From positions 35,624 to 99,623 of the forward strand of contig JAVZNE010000005.1 of assembly GCA_038882975.1 (NCBI GenBank): DNA of 64,000 nucleotides. Direction: 5' to 3'. Positions 37,418 through 48,679 of the stretch are shown in pieces. Source of the stretch: Candidatus Bathyarchaeia archaeon (GTDB lineage: Archaea > Thermoproteota > Bathyarchaeia > Bathyarchaeales > Bathycorpusculaceae). The translations under genes were made by a program, and so were the position numbers. Within the stretch, counting starts at the first letter, position 1. Each line of letters opens with the position of its first letter. The notes under the pieces were generated by a model. The model was not told where the DNA came from. It ran no database searches and saw only the letters and a list, made by a program, of their open reading frames with translations.

Positions 37418-38257
37418 TTATTTGCATCCGTATTTCCTTTCAAGCCATCGCACAGCGAAGTCAACAAAGTCTTTGGCGTCGAAAAGGTAGGATTGGGCTT
37501 CTCCAATCTTTCCGACACATCCTCTCCCAGAAGAGAAATATTCCCTTGGTATAGCCTCAAAATATTCACGCGCGTTCGGCAGAACATACCCGCAAGTGTC
37601 AAACTCCTCAACTTCAACCCAAACTTTTTTGCCTTCTTGTAAAATTGGCACCTTGTAGCGTATGACCAGTTTATTAGGCACTTTGGCCAAGTGTTCCGCG
37701 TAATGCAAAAGCGTAATCGAGCCGAAAGGCGCGCCAAGAAGCAGAACCTTGCCCTTGGCCTCACATAGTTTGGCGAACGGCGAACCCGGTCCATACCCAT
37801 ATTGGAGTGGATGGTTTTCCGTCAGCCACTTTGCCTTTGCTCCGACGGCCACGCATGAAGCCTCTGGATTGCCACTTCTGTAAGCGCCTGGCCATGTGCG
37901 CAAATATTCGGTTAGTATGCTCCATCTTCTATGAGCCCTAGAAGTGGCTGGGTTAAAGGGAGGAAACTCCTCTAGGTATGCCCTTTGCCATTCCTCCGGC
38001 CACTCTTTAAACACGTATGGCGCCTCCCAAGGGGAGTCTTCCCAGCCCACATACATCATCAAAGTTCCTTCCTCGCCTAGAGCTTCCAGCAAGGCTTGGA
38101 TGACGACGTCTGGGCCGCCCACAACCCAGCCTACGGCCTTAACAGAGGCATGAAGCATCAACGTGTCTCCAGAAGCCACTCCCAGCTTTTTCAAGTCAGC
38201 CACTAGCCTGCTCTTTGTTATTGGAGGGATTCCGCTTTTTACTGGTTGTTCTCCCAT
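37418..38257 (-). CDS. AAC(3)-family (aminoglycoside N3-type) acetyltransferase
   Basis: LMLHASVKAVGWVVGG, YGPGSPF, TLLHYAEH motifs. Confidence 0.88.
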   Translation of the reverse strand: MGEQPVKSGIPPITKSRLVADLKKLGVASGDTLMLHASVKAVGWVVGGPDVVIQALLEALGEEGTLMMYVGWEDSPWEAPYVFKEWPEEWQRAYLEEFPPFNPATSRAHRRWSILTEYLRTWPGAYRSGNPEASCVAVGAKAKWLTENHPLQYGYGPGSPFAKLCEAKGKVLLLGAPFGSITLLHYAEHLAKVPNKLVIRYKVPILQEGKKVWVEVEEFDTCGYVLPNAREYFEAIPREYFSSGRGCVGKIGEAQSYLFDAKDFVDFAVRWLERKYGCK

Positions 38258-38268
38258 CTTTCAACACT

Positions 38269-39837
38269 TTACAATGGGATGTTTGCATGCTTTTTGGACG
38301 GCCTAGCCTCGCGTTTTGTCATGAGCATTTCAAGAGCGCTAATAAGCTTCGGCCTTGTTTCAGCTGGCTCAATAACCTCGTCGATGTAGCCTTTTTGGGC
38401 AGCCACATATGGGTTAGCAAACTTCCGCCGGTAATCACTAACAAGCTCTAAACGCTTTTGCTCCGGGTCTAGGGCTTCGGCAATCTCCTTTCGGAAGATT
38501 ATGTTTATGGCGCCTTGCGGTCCCATGACGGCGATTTCGGCTGTTGGCCATGCATAGTTTATGTCTCCGCCTGAATGTTTGCTTCCCATAACGTCGTAGG
38601 CTCCGCCGTAAGCCTTTCGCAGTATGACCGTTATTTTTGGGACTGTGGCTTCGCAGTAAGCGTACAACAGTTTTGAGCCGTGGCGTATTATGCCTCCATG
38701 TTCCTGCTCTATGCCTGGTAGGAAGCCCGGCACGTCCACGAAGGTTATTATTGGTATGTTGAAGCAGTCGCAGAAGCGCACGAACCTTCCGGCTTTCGTG
38801 GAGGAGTTTATGTCAAGTGCCCCAGCATAATAGGCGGGCTGGTTTGCCACTATACCAACAGAATGCCCATTCAGCCTTGCGAAGCCTATAACTATGTTTG
38901 GCGCCCATAAAGGCTGAACTTCGAAGAATTCACCGTTGTCCACGACGCGTTGGATAACCTCCTTAACGTCGTAGGGCTTGTCTGGGTCATCCGGCATTAT
39001 GCGAGCCAGTTCCTCGTCTGTGCGGTTTGGGTCGTCGCCGGTCTCCACATACGGCGGGTCTTCAAGGTAGTTGCTGGGCAAATAGCTCAAAAGCCTCTTA
39101 ATTATTTGGATGCATTGCTCCTCGTCTTTGGCTATGAAATGGGCTACACCGCTGGCTTGGCTGTGAACCATGGCTCCGCCAAGCTCTTCAAAGGTGACCT
39201 CTTGCCCAAGAACTGTTTTGACAACATCTGGTCCCGTGATAAACATGTAGCTTGTCTTGTCCACCATTATGATGAAGTCTGTGAGGGCTGGCGAGTAAAC
39301 GGCGCCGCCTGCGCATGGTCCCATGATGGCGGATATTTGTGGTATGACGCCTGAAGCCATTACATTGCGGAAGAATATGTCGCCATAGCCCGCAAGGCTT
39401 GCAACTCCTTCTTGAATGCGCGCTCCGCCAGAATCGTTTAAGCCTATGACCGGCGCGCCAGTTTTCATTGCCAAGTCCATGAGCTTGCAGACCTTTCGCG
39501 CGAACATTTCACCCAGCGAGCCGCCGAAAACCGTAAAATCCTGCGAGAAAACGTAGACGAGTCTTCCGTCTATTGTTCCGTAGCCTGTTACAACGCCGTC
39601 GCCCAGGTATTTGCGTTCAGCCATGCCAAAATCGGTGCACTGGTGGACGACAAACTGATCAAGCTCGTTAAAGCTTCCCGGGTCTAGGAGGAGGTCTATG
39701 CGTTCTCTGGCGGTCAGCTTGCCCTTAGCGTGCTGCTCTTCTATGCGTTTAAGCCCGCCGCCTAGTTTGGCTTGCTCTCGCATTTCCCTTAAACGCCTAA
39801 TCTTCTCCTCAACTGTTGGCTCTCTAATCTCCACCAT
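38269..39837 (-). CDS. Acyl-CoA carboxyltransferase beta subunit (PccB/MmdA/12S-like)
   Basis: [53 protein letters not shown]. Confidence 0.95.
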   Translation of the reverse strand: MVEIREPTVEEKIRRLREMREQAKLGGGLKRIEEQHAKGKLTARERIDLLLDPGSFNELDQFVVHQCTDFGMAERKYLGDGVVTGYGTIDGRLVYVFSQDFTVFGGSLGEMFARKVCKLMDLAMKTGAPVIGLNDSGGARIQEGVASLAGYGDIFFRNVMASGVIPQISAIMGPCAGGAVYSPALTDFIIMVDKTSYMFITGPDVVKTVLGQEVTFEELGGAMVHSQASGVAHFIAKDEEQCIQIIKRLLSYLPSNYLEDPPYVETGDDPNRTDEELARIMPDDPDKPYDVKEVIQRVVDNGEFFEVQPLWAPNIVIGFARLNGHSVGIVANQPAYYAGALDINSSTKAGRFVRFCDCFNIPIITFVDVPGFLPGIEQEHGGIIRHGSKLLYAYCEATVPKITVILRKAYGGAYDVMGSKHSGGDINYAWPTAEIAVMGPQGAINIIFRKEIAEALDPEQKRLELVSDYRRKFANPYVAAQKGYIDEVIEPAETRPKLISALEMLMTKREARPSKKHANIPL

Positions 39838-39971
39838 AACTCAAACACCTTCGGTTGTTTTGCTAGAATATGTAGGGGCAATCAGTATTTAGGATATATG
39901 CAGCCACTGTTTGGAAAATTATATTTCACGTGACAGCCTAATCAAAAGTCGAGAAGGGGTATGCGTACACT

Positions 39972-40742
39972 ATGGAGCAAAACCCAGTTATTCAGACGTT
40001 GTTAAGCCATAAGTCCATAAGAAAGTATAGGGCTGAAATGCCGCCAGAAAATGTTATACGCACAATCGTTAGGGCTGGACAGCAGGCGCCTTTCGCTTCT
40101 CAAGCCTACAGCATACTCTTGTCGCGGAATAGGGAGCGCCACTCATACAAGGCGCCGCTGCTTTTCACTATATGCGTCGACTACCACAAGTTCGAGAGGA
40201 TTATGGAGAAGAGGGGCTGGAAAATGGTAACCAACGATTTGGTGCTGCTGTTTTTCGGAATTCAAGATGCCGCCCTAATGGCGGAAAATATGGTAATAGC
40301 CGCCAGAAGCCTAGGCTTGGGAAGCTGCTTCCTAGGAAGTGCCATGTTCCAAGCCGAAAAAATAGCAGAAGAATACCACCTACCAAAAAGGGTTTTCCCA
40401 CTTGTGCAACTTGTTATGGGTTATCCAGCTGAAGACCCCCCGCCACGACCAAGATACCCGATGGAGTTCACACTTTTCGAGGGCAAATATCCAGAACTGA
40501 CGGACAAAATGATTTCAGAAGCCATGAGGGTTATGGATGAAGGCTATTTGGCACAGGACTATTATAGGCGGTTAAAGGCGAAAATTCCGCTGGAGGATGG
40601 GCGTCCAGACCCCTACACCTACAAAAATTACAGTTGGACAGAGCATATATGCAGAAAATGGGGACAATGGCATCGCGACCCAAAAGTATTGCTTGAACAG
40701 CTGGAAAAACGGGGATTTCACATTATGGAAAAGAAAAGCTGA
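39972..40742 (+). CDS. Nitroreductase-family flavoprotein
   Basis: HKSIRKY, DAALMAEN, SLGLGSCFLG, GYP..RPR. Confidence 0.88.
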   Translation: MEQNPVIQTLLSHKSIRKYRAEMPPENVIRTIVRAGQQAPFASQAYSILLSRNRERHSYKAPLLFTICVDYHKFERIMEKRGWKMVTNDLVLLFFGIQDAALMAENMVIAARSLGLGSCFLGSAMFQAEKIAEEYHLPKRVFPLVQLVMGYPAEDPPPRPRYPMEFTLFEGKYPELTDKMISEAMRVMDEGYLAQDYYRRLKAKIPLEDGRPDPYTYKNYSWTEHICRKWGQWHRDPKVLLEQLEKRGFHIMEKKS

Positions 40743-40746
40743 TGGA

Positions 40747-41547
40747 CTAACGCTTCACTTTCGTGGAAAGGTCTCCAACAAAAACACGTTTGACAGAGCC
40801 ATTTTCAAGCCTTAAAATTAAAGCACCGTCGCCGTCAACATCGGAGGCTATGCCTTCAAATTTTTCACCATCACTATAAACTTCCACTCGGCAGCCTAGA
40901 AAAGATGCGAAGCCTTTCCATCTATTTAGAATCGGTGTAAATCCTTCTTTAAGGAAGATTTGGTAAAAGTTGTCCATTTTCTCCAGCAAAGCCTTGAAAA
41001 GCTCTTCTAGGGCGATTTTTCTGCCTAAGGCCTTTTGGATGGAGGTTGCAGTTTCGCTAAGCTCTTTTGGAAACTCTTTCTCAACGTTAATGTCGGCGTT
41101 TACACCTATACCAATTATTGCGTAATCCACCTTTTCATCCACGGTTTTCATTTCTGAGAGGATGCCGCAAACCTTTTTGCCATTAACTAGGACATCGTTG
41201 GGCCATTTTGTTTCAGCCTTCAAGCCATATAATTCTCGTATGGTTTCTGCAACGGCTAAACCAGCCAAAAACACAAGCTTTACGGTTTCTGGTGGCTTAA
41301 GCTTTGGCTTAAGAATTATTGAGAACCATAAGCCTCCTTTTGGTGAGAGCCATTTTCTGCCAAGGCGTCCCCGTCCGGCGGTTTGGGTTTCGGCTACGGC
41401 AACTGTGCCTTCTGGGGCGCCGAGTTCTGCCAGCTCCTTAGCCCAGTCGTTGGTTGAGCCCACTTCGTGGGCGAAGAAAATGTATTTCCCGACAAGCCTT
41501 GTTTTCAGCCCTTCTTGGAGTTTTTCCACTTTTATGGCTGTTGGCAT
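40747..41547 (-). CDS. birA: Biotin-protein ligase
   Basis: STN, QTAGRGRLGRKW, KWPND, KKVCGIL, GIGVN. Confidence 0.95.
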   Translation of the reverse strand: MPTAIKVEKLQEGLKTRLVGKYIFFAHEVGSTNDWAKELAELGAPEGTVAVAETQTAGRGRLGRKWLSPKGGLWFSIILKPKLKPPETVKLVFLAGLAVAETIRELYGLKAETKWPNDVLVNGKKVCGILSEMKTVDEKVDYAIIGIGVNADINVEKEFPKELSETATSIQKALGRKIALEELFKALLEKMDNFYQIFLKEGFTPILNRWKGFASFLGCRVEVYSDGEKFEGIASDVDGDGALILRLENGSVKRVFVGDLSTKVKR

Positions 41548-41549
41548 GG

Positions 41550-42662
41550 CTATTTTTCTCCATATAATGTGAAGGCGCCAATGTAGAAGACTGCGTGTAT
41601 TGTTGCTGCCAGTGCGAAAGACACCGCGAAACCCCAGTTGGCGATTAGTATGCCGCTTAGGGCTAGGCTTGCCGACTCGCCCATGTGAAGCCCCATCATA
41701 AGTAATCCAATATCAGTCCCATAAGACTCCTTATCACATATTTTTGATAATATTCCCTCCTGCCCCACACTGTTCATTCCCTCAGAGAAGCCAACGACAA
41801 CCACCAAGACAGCGGCGAGAGCTGGAAATGAAAATCCTAAAGGAATTAGGAGAGCTGAATAGATTATTCCACTTACCAGAATGAGCTTCTTCACGTTGTG
41901 ACATCTTGAGAAGATGTATGAGGACAAGCCAGCCATAAGGATCATAGTGCCAAAAATCAGTCCAACATCCTCCGGGGAAAAGCCAACAGTGCTTAGAAAG
42001 TATGGTATGACATACCCGGAGCGGAAGCCGAAAGCCAAGCCTAGTGTAAAGAAGAGGAAAAGGAAAATTTTGAACCTCCGCCCCTTCTTCCTAAAATCGA
42101 GAAAACGCAAGGCTTGTTTAACAGTGAAATTTCCCTTTCTCTCATCAATTAATGTGAAGGAAAGGAGAAGCCCAAAAACGCCCAGAAGGGCGCATAAAAT
42201 CATTGTCCCCTCGTATAGGATTAGTGCTGCCAAAAATCCAGCTATGAGGCCTCCAACGGCGAAGGCAACATAGACTACGGTTCTCAAGCTAACTAGGAGC
42301 CTCCAGTTTCCCTGACTTCTTTCAAGAAGATAGGCTCTGTTTACAGCCCATATGGCGCCTTCTTTTGTTCCCTCCGCAACTTTTCCGAAGAGAAACTCCA
42401 CCGGAGTGTGGGCAAAATAGTATATGAGGCTTGAGGCGGCGCCCAAAAAGCCGTTAGCCATAAAGAAAGGCTTTCTTCCAAGAAAGTCTGAAAGGGTGGC
42501 GAAGAACATTCTGCCAATCTGCATTATTAGGGGCATGGCTGCAAAAACAAAGCCTATTAGGACAATATCTATGTTTCTCTCCTTCATTATTAAGGGTATT
42601 ACAACTCCGAGGATGCCGCTGGCAAAGGAGTGGAAAAACTGAATGATAAGAACTGTTTTCAA
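41550..42662 (-). CDS. MFS transporter
   Basis: About 12 TM helices; LSDFLGRK motif A. Confidence 0.85.
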   Translation of the reverse strand: MKTVLIIQFFHSFASGILGVVIPLIMKERNIDIVLIGFVFAAMPLIMQIGRMFFATLSDFLGRKPFFMANGFLGAASSLIYYFAHTPVEFLFGKVAEGTKEGAIWAVNRAYLLERSQGNWRLLVSLRTVVYVAFAVGGLIAGFLAALILYEGTMILCALLGVFGLLLSFTLIDERKGNFTVKQALRFLDFRKKGRRFKIFLFLFFTLGLAFGFRSGYVIPYFLSTVGFSPEDVGLIFGTMILMAGLSSYIFSRCHNVKKLILVSGIIYSALLIPLGFSFPALAAVLVVVVGFSEGMNSVGQEGILSKICDKESYGTDIGLLMMGLHMGESASLALSGILIANWGFAVSFALAATIHAVFYIGAFTLYGEK

Positions 42663-42720
42663 GGGACGCAGAAGGTTTCAGCCCCCGCAAATTTTTAGTT
42701 AACTTCCCTAGTCTACGTAC

Positions 42721-43122
42721 CTACACCATTACTAGTTCCAATAGAACACCTTTCGTGCTTTTTGGGTGGACGAAGGCTATCTTTTTTCCTTCGGCGCCAG
42801 TCCTCGGCTTTTCGTCCACAAGTGTAACACCCTTCCTTTTAAGCTCCTCTAAGGTTTTTTCGATATTGTCCACTTTAACGGCTATGTGGTGGATTCCCTC
42901 GCCTCGGCTTTCAAGGAATTTTGCAACTGGGCTATCACTGCCCAAAGGTTCTAAAAGCTCAATTTGGGTTTCGCCGCCAGTGGAAAAGAAAGCCACCTTA
43001 ACCTTCCGCTCTGCTAAGACGTGAACGCCTAAAAGCTTGAAGCCCAAGATGCCACGGTAAACACTAATCGCTTCATCTAAATTTTTAACAGCCACGCCAA
43101 CATGGTCCATTCCAATAAACAT
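42721..43122 (-). CDS. mce: Methylmalonyl-CoA epimerase
   Basis: [35 protein letters not shown]; mutase nearby. Confidence 0.93.
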   Translation of the reverse strand: MFIGMDHVGVAVKNLDEAISVYRGILGFKLLGVHVLAERKVKVAFFSTGGETQIELLEPLGSDSPVAKFLESRGEGIHHIAVKVDNIEKTLEELKRKGVTLVDEKPRTGAEGKKIAFVHPKSTKGVLLELVMV

Positions 43123-43185
43123 ATGCTATCTAACCCCAATTCTTTTGAGGTTTAAATGCAATCATCCTTTGTTATAAAAAAGTTT

Positions 43186-43725
43186 CTAGGCGATAACTGC
43201 CAAAACATCTCCCTTATTCACAACAGCCCCCTCAGAAACAAGGATTTCCCTAACAACCCCGTCTTTCGGCGCTGCAACCTCGTTCGCCATCTTCATGGCT
43301 TCCAAGATGCATATGCAATCTCCCTTGGAGACTTTCTGCCCAACGCTAACTTTTAATGATATAATCCTTCCAGCTATTGGGGCTAAAACGGCATCCTTTC
43401 CAACAGCAAGACTAACGGCGGGCTTTTTAGAAAGCGCTGGAATCGGCTCGATTTTGGGAGTTACTGGTTTAAAGGTTGATGTGGGGTATTGAACCTCGAA
43501 GGTTTTACCGCCAACTTTAACTCGCATAAAGTTTCCGGAAATTTGTAAAAGTTCTGCCGAAAATTTTTCGCTGTTTACCTCTAGGTTAAATTTTCCGCTG
43601 CCGGAGTTGGAAAATTTAACCTCAACTGTTTTTCCGTCGACATCCACCAGGAAAGAGTCATTTTCTCTTTTTAAGACTTTAACGCTATGTGCCTTCTCGT
43701 CAACCAAAACTTCGTAGATTTTCAA
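43186..43725 (-). CDS. Biotin carboxyl carrier protein
   Basis: EAMKMAN motif; overlaps the biotin carboxylase stop. Confidence 0.92.
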   Translation of the reverse strand: MKIYEVLVDEKAHSVKVLKRENDSFLVDVDGKTVEVKFSNSGSGKFNLEVNSEKFSAELLQISGNFMRVKVGGKTFEVQYPTSTFKPVTPKIEPIPALSKKPAVSLAVGKDAVLAPIAGRIISLKVSVGQKVSKGDCICILEAMKMANEVAAPKDGVVREILVSEGAVVNKGDVLAVIA

Positions 43726-45233
43726 AAGGTTCGCCTCAGTCCCCTACTTCTGGCAGCAAGCTTCCAAAGGGAGATTTCCCTCTGTCGGCGCCGCGGAACT
43801 AACGCTTTGATTTTGGCTTCAGCTTTTTGGTTAGCCAGCACAGCGGTAAGCGCGGCTATCTCCTCCTCTGTTAAGGCTTTCTTTGGAAGAAGTTTCTCGA
43901 TTCTCTCGTCGACAAAGTTTATGTGGATATCGCCTCTCAAGAAGTCTTCATCCTCCATTATCCTCTTATGCAGTGGGATTGTGGTTTTAACCCCCTCTAT
44001 CATAAATTCGTCTAGGGCGTTACGCATTCTTTTTATGGCTTCTAGGCGGCTTAAACCCCAAACAGCAAGCTTTGCGATTAACGGGTCGTAGAAAACTGAT
44101 ATCGTGTAGCCTGCGTAAAGATGCGTGTCAACCCTAACTCCCGGACCGCCTGGCAGGCGCAAGTTTGTAACGGTTCCAGGTGATGGGGCGAAGTTGTTGT
44201 GGGGGTCTTCGGCGTTTATTCGGCAGTTTATAGCATGTCCGCGGATTTTCACATTTCTTTGGCCGTATACGATTTTTTCTCCAGCGGCAATTTTTATCTG
44301 CTCTTTGACTATGTCTATGCCCGTCACCATCTCGGTTATCAAATGCTCCACTTGAAGCCTAGTATTCATCTCTAAAAAGTAGTAGTTGCCGTGTTGGTCA
44401 ACTAGAAACTCGACCGTTCCAGCATTAACATAATTTATGGCTTTCGCAATTTTTATGGCAGACGCGCCCATCTCTTTCCGCAGTTCCAAAGTCATGAAGG
44501 GCGATGGCGTCTCCTCAATGAGTTTTTGATAACGCCTTTGAATTGAGCATTCCCTCTCGCCCAGATGGATAACCTTTCCCTTCTTGTCGGCTAATATTTG
44601 GAATTCTATGTGCCTAGCCCTTGGAAGAAACTTTTCAACATAGATTTCACGGCTTCCAAAGGAAGATTCCGCTTCTAAGGCGGCGGTCTCTAAAACGTGG
44701 CGCATCTCATCCTCATTTTTGATGAGGCGCATACCCTTTCCGCCGCCACCATAAACGGCCTTAACCAAAACTGGATAACCAACTTTTTCAGCTATTTCTA
44801 TGGCTTCTTCTGGGCTTCTGGCGGGTTTTAGGCTTCCAGGGATTACTGGCACTCCAGCGTCAGCGGCAGCGTTTCGAGCCTCAACCTTATTCCCCATTCG
44901 CCTTAAAACTTCGGCTGGGGGCCCAATAAACTCTAAGCCGTTTTTGGCGCATTCCTCTGCGAAGGCTGGGATTTGGGATAAAAAGCCGTATCCTGGGTGG
45001 ACGGCCTCACAACCGAATTTTTTGGCTGTTTCAATCATCTTTTCTATGTTTAGGTAGCTTTGGCTAGGCTCTGCTGCGCCTATACAATAGCATTCATCGG
45101 CGTATTGAACATGAAGCGAGTCGACGTCCGCCTCTGAGTAGACGGCAACTGTTTTAACGCCGAGTTCCCTGCATGCCCTAATAACCCTTAAAGCAATTTC
45201 TCCCCTATTGGCGACTAGAACCTTGCTGAACAT
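43722..45233 (-). CDS. accC: Biotin carboxylase subunit
   Basis: VANRGEIA, HPGYGFLS, GGGGKGMR, RECSIQRR, EMNTRLQVEH, RINAEDP. Confidence 0.95.
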   Translation of the reverse strand: MFSKVLVANRGEIALRVIRACRELGVKTVAVYSEADVDSLHVQYADECYCIGAAEPSQSYLNIEKMIETAKKFGCEAVHPGYGFLSQIPAFAEECAKNGLEFIGPPAEVLRRMGNKVEARNAAADAGVPVIPGSLKPARSPEEAIEIAEKVGYPVLVKAVYGGGGKGMRLIKNEDEMRHVLETAALEAESSFGSREIYVEKFLPRARHIEFQILADKKGKVIHLGERECSIQRRYQKLIEETPSPFMTLELRKEMGASAIKIAKAINYVNAGTVEFLVDQHGNYYFLEMNTRLQVEHLITEMVTGIDIVKEQIKIAAGEKIVYGQRNVKIRGHAINCRINAEDPHNNFAPSPGTVTNLRLPGGPGVRVDTHLYAGYTISVFYDPLIAKLAVWGLSRLEAIKRMRNALDEFMIEGVKTTIPLHKRIMEDEDFLRGDIHINFVDERIEKLLPKKALTEEEIAALTAVLANQKAEAKIKALVPRRRQREISLWKLAARSRGLRRTF

Positions 45234-45363
45234 TTCCCGCCCTTTTACTTGCTACATTGTGGCTTTATACAATTTATTGGCTTCGCCCTAAAATAAGTTT
45301 AAACATAGAGGTTTTGCTGGAAAAATATAAAGGTTAGAAGGTGAAACTAGGTATCCTTCAAAA

Positions 45364-47079
45364 TTGGCGGGTATCATAATGGAGAAGCACACCCACGACA
45401 TAGTTATTGTCGGCGCGGGCTTGGCTGGCTTAAGGGCTGCAGTTGCAGCCGCAGAGTTTAGCGGCAAACTGGACATTGCAGTGATTTCGAAGCTTCACCC
45501 TTTGAGGTCGCATTCCGTTTGTGCACAAGGTGGAACAGCCGCTGTCATGAGGGAGAAGGACTCATTTGACCTGCATGCTTTTGACACTGTAAAGGGCGCC
45601 GACTACCTAGCGGACCAAGATGTTGTGGAATTCTTTGTTAGGCAAGCTCCCAAAGAAATCATTTTAATGGAGCACTGGGGCTGCCCATGGAGCCGCACAC
45701 CAGACGGAAAAATAGACCAGCGACCCTTCGGCGGGCACACATATCCAAGGGCTTGCTTTGCGGCTGACATGACTGGTTTTCATGAGATGCATGCGCTTTA
45801 TGGGAAAGCCACAACCTACGACAATGTGAGGTTTTATGACGAATGGTTTGTCACCTCGCTCATGGTTGAAGATGAAACGGTGGTTGGTTTAACAGCCATA
45901 GAGCTTAAAACTGGCGAAATGCACACTTTTAAGGCTAAAGCTGTTGTGATGGCTACTGGCGGGCACGAGCGCATATATGAGTTTACAACTTTCTCGCATA
46001 CAACGACAGGCGATGGCATGGCTATGGCTTATCGGGCTGGTGCACCCCTCGAAGACATGGAGTTTGTCCAGTTTCACCCAACAGGCTTGGTGCCATCAGG
46101 CGTACTAATCACTGAAGGCGCACGAGGTGAGGGCGGTTACTTGTATAATGCTCTTGGAGAACGTTTCATGAAGCGTTACGCTCCGGAAAAGATGGAGCTG
46201 GCTCCCAGAGATGTGGTTTCAAGGGCCGAGCAAACCGAAATCCTTGAAGGAAGAGCCTTCACAAGTCCTTATGGTCCTTACATCGCCTTGGACCTTACAC
46301 ATTTGGGTGAAGAAAAAATCAATGAGAGACTGCCGCTCATAAGGGATGTCGCCATAAAACTTGGAGGGGTCGACCCAGTTAAAGAGCCTATACCAATTCG
46401 TCCGGCAGCCCACTATTCCATGGGCGGGATTAAAGCCAACATAAGAACTGAAACGCCTATTAAGGGGTTGTATGCTGCTGGTGAATGCTCATGTTTAAGC
46501 CTTCACGGCGCCAATAGGCTTGGAACAAACTCAACAGCTGAATGCCTAGTCTTCGGGGCTGTTGCCGGAGAGGAAGCGGCAAAATACGCCATGTCTGCTG
46601 GTTTCCATGAATTTCCAGAGGAGAAGGCTTTAGCCGAAGAAAAGAGGGTTTTTGACGGAATTCTCGGAAGCGAGGGAAGCGAAAGAGTCCCTCAATTGAG
46701 AGATGAGATGAGGAGACTTATGAACACCAAGGTTTGGATTTTCAGAACAGGCGAAGAGCTGAAGAGCGCCTTAAAAGAGGTTAGAATGCTGAAAGAGCGC
46801 TTTAAACAAATAAAGGTTGAGGATAAGGGCAAAACCTTCAACACAGAGTTTACGGCTGCCCTACAACTTGACTTTATGCTGGACTTAGCTGAAGTTACGG
46901 TTATAAGTGCACTGGCAAGAACCGAGTCACGGGGCGCCCATTCAAGGCTTGACTATCCGAATCGTGACGATGAGAAGTGGCTTGTCCACACACTGGCATA
47001 TTACACTGTGGACGGACCAAAACTGGAGTACACTCCAGTTACGATTACGAAGTGGCAGCCCGCTGCCAGAAAGTATTAG
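45364..47079 (+). CDS. Fumarate reductase / succinate dehydrogenase flavoprotein (TfrA-like)
   Basis: [49 protein letters not shown]. Confidence 0.95.
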   Translation: MAGIIMEKHTHDIVIVGAGLAGLRAAVAAAEFSGKLDIAVISKLHPLRSHSVCAQGGTAAVMREKDSFDLHAFDTVKGADYLADQDVVEFFVRQAPKEIILMEHWGCPWSRTPDGKIDQRPFGGHTYPRACFAADMTGFHEMHALYGKATTYDNVRFYDEWFVTSLMVEDETVVGLTAIELKTGEMHTFKAKAVVMATGGHERIYEFTTFSHTTTGDGMAMAYRAGAPLEDMEFVQFHPTGLVPSGVLITEGARGEGGYLYNALGERFMKRYAPEKMELAPRDVVSRAEQTEILEGRAFTSPYGPYIALDLTHLGEEKINERLPLIRDVAIKLGGVDPVKEPIPIRPAAHYSMGGIKANIRTETPIKGLYAAGECSCLSLHGANRLGTNSTAECLVFGAVAGEEAAKYAMSAGFHEFPEEKALAEEKRVFDGILGSEGSERVPQLRDEMRRLMNTKVWIFRTGEELKSALKEVRMLKERFKQIKVEDKGKTFNTEFTAALQLDFMLDLAEVTVISALARTESRGAHSRLDYPNRDDEKWLVHTLAYYTVDGPKLEYTPVTITKWQPAARKY

Positions 47080-47092
47080 GGAGGATTTGCAT

Positions 47093-48658
47093 ATGAATGG
47101 CGAGGTTGTTAAAGTTGTTGAATTCAGAATTCACAGATACGACCCAGACACGAATAGGCATTACATTTCCACGTTTAAGGTACCCATCCGCCGTGGAACA
47201 ACAGTTCTAGATGTGCTCAACTATATTAAGGAGAATTTGGATGCGACACTAACTTTTAGGCACTCTTGCCGAATGGGAATATGCGGAAGCTGTGCAGTGA
47301 ATATCAACGGCAAGCCGATGCTGGCTTGCTACACACAAGTTTTAGACCTCAACGCTGACACAATAACCATTGAGCCCCTATCAAATCTCCCAGTTGTAAG
47401 GGATTTGGTGGTTGACATACAGCCCTTCTTCCAGAACTTCAGAAAAATCAGAACAGTGCTTATCAAGCCAGCGGAAGACCTCAAAAAGCCTGAAGAGTTT
47501 ACACAGTCTCCAGAAGACCTCAAAAAGTACTGGGATTTGACGCTTTGCACAAAGTGTTCAATTTGTTATTCCGCTTGTCCAGCAGCCATAGATGAAAGAT
47601 TTCTTGGACCTTCAGCTTTAACCGCCAACTACAGGTTTATTGCCGATTCGAGGGACGAGGGCTTGGATGAGAGGCTTAAGCCCATGGCTGACAATGTTTG
47701 GCTTTGCACCTCATGCAATTCTTGCACGCTTTTCTGTCCAAAACTTGTTAACTGTGCGAATTCCGTGGTTGAGGACCGCAGCCTACTGGTGGAAATGGGA
47801 GCTATCCCAAGAACTGTTAAGGATGTTTTGGAAAGCGTTATGAAATACCACAATCCTATGGGGACCCACCAGAGCAGGCGAATGGCTTGGGCTGAAGGCT
47901 TAAACATTAAAACCTATCCAAGCGTGGCTAAAGCGGATGTTCTCTTTTTCGTGTGCTGCTCAACCGCCTACGATGTTAGGAATAGGGAAATAGCCAGAAC
48001 AATGGCAACAATATTTGAGAGACTTGGTGTTGACTATGCCACATTAGGCGAAGAAGAGTGGTGCTGCGGAGACCACATATTACGCATGGGTGAGAAGGGC
48101 TTGTTCGAGATGCTTGCAGAGCATAATGTGACGATGTTCCAAAAGTTCAATGCAGACAGCATCGTGACGCTTTCGCCCCACTGCTACAACACCTTCAAAA
48201 ACGACAAACCTTACAAAGATTTGCCGCTAAACATCCAGCACTATACACAATTTTTAGTTGAAGCCCTAGAAAAGGGCAAACTAAAACCCACAAAACCCTA
48301 CAATATGCGGGTTGCCTACCATGACCCATGCTTCTTGGGAAAGCGAAACCAAATCTACGAAGAGCCGAGACGAATACTGCAATCAATAAAAGGGCTAGAG
48401 CTTATCGAGATGAAACGCGCAAGGGAAGCCAGCTTCTGCTGTGGTGGCGGGGCTGGAAGAGTCTGGACGGAGGAAGCTGAGCCAGAAAAGAGACCGTGCG
48501 TAAACCGTGTTAAAGAAGTCTTAGAACTTGGCGCAGAAGTCGTAGCTGTGGCATGCCCATTCTGCGTAACAACCCTTGAAGACGCCATAAAAGTCTTGGA
48601 AGCGGAAGACAAAATAGCCGTCAGAGACATCCTCGAAATCTTAAAAGAAACTTTATAA
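47093..48658 (+). CDS. SdhB/FrdB Fe-S subunit fused to two CCG domains (TfrB/HdrD-like)
   Basis: SCRMGICGSC [2Fe-2S]; CTKCSICYSAC and CTSCNSCTLFC; WCCG, YHDPC, FCCGGG, ACPFC; GGAGG RBS before ATG 47093. Confidence 0.9.
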   Translation: MNGEVVKVVEFRIHRYDPDTNRHYISTFKVPIRRGTTVLDVLNYIKENLDATLTFRHSCRMGICGSCAVNINGKPMLACYTQVLDLNADTITIEPLSNLPVVRDLVVDIQPFFQNFRKIRTVLIKPAEDLKKPEEFTQSPEDLKKYWDLTLCTKCSICYSACPAAIDERFLGPSALTANYRFIADSRDEGLDERLKPMADNVWLCTSCNSCTLFCPKLVNCANSVVEDRSLLVEMGAIPRTVKDVLESVMKYHNPMGTHQSRRMAWAEGLNIKTYPSVAKADVLFFVCCSTAYDVRNREIARTMATIFERLGVDYATLGEEEWCCGDHILRMGEKGLFEMLAEHNVTMFQKFNADSIVTLSPHCYNTFKNDKPYKDLPLNIQHYTQFLVEALEKGKLKPTKPYNMRVAYHDPCFLGKRNQIYEEPRRILQSIKGLELIEMKRAREASFCCGGGAGRVWTEEAEPEKRPCVNRVKEVLELGAEVVAVACPFCVTTLEDAIKVLEAEDKIAVRDILEILKETL

Positions 48659-48679
48659 GCTCCTTCTTTTCTTCCACTT

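Noticed and set aside
46907-47092. 62-aa N-terminal extension of the Fe-S subunit
   Set aside because: Overlaps the flavoprotein gene; a GGAGG RBS supports ATG 47093
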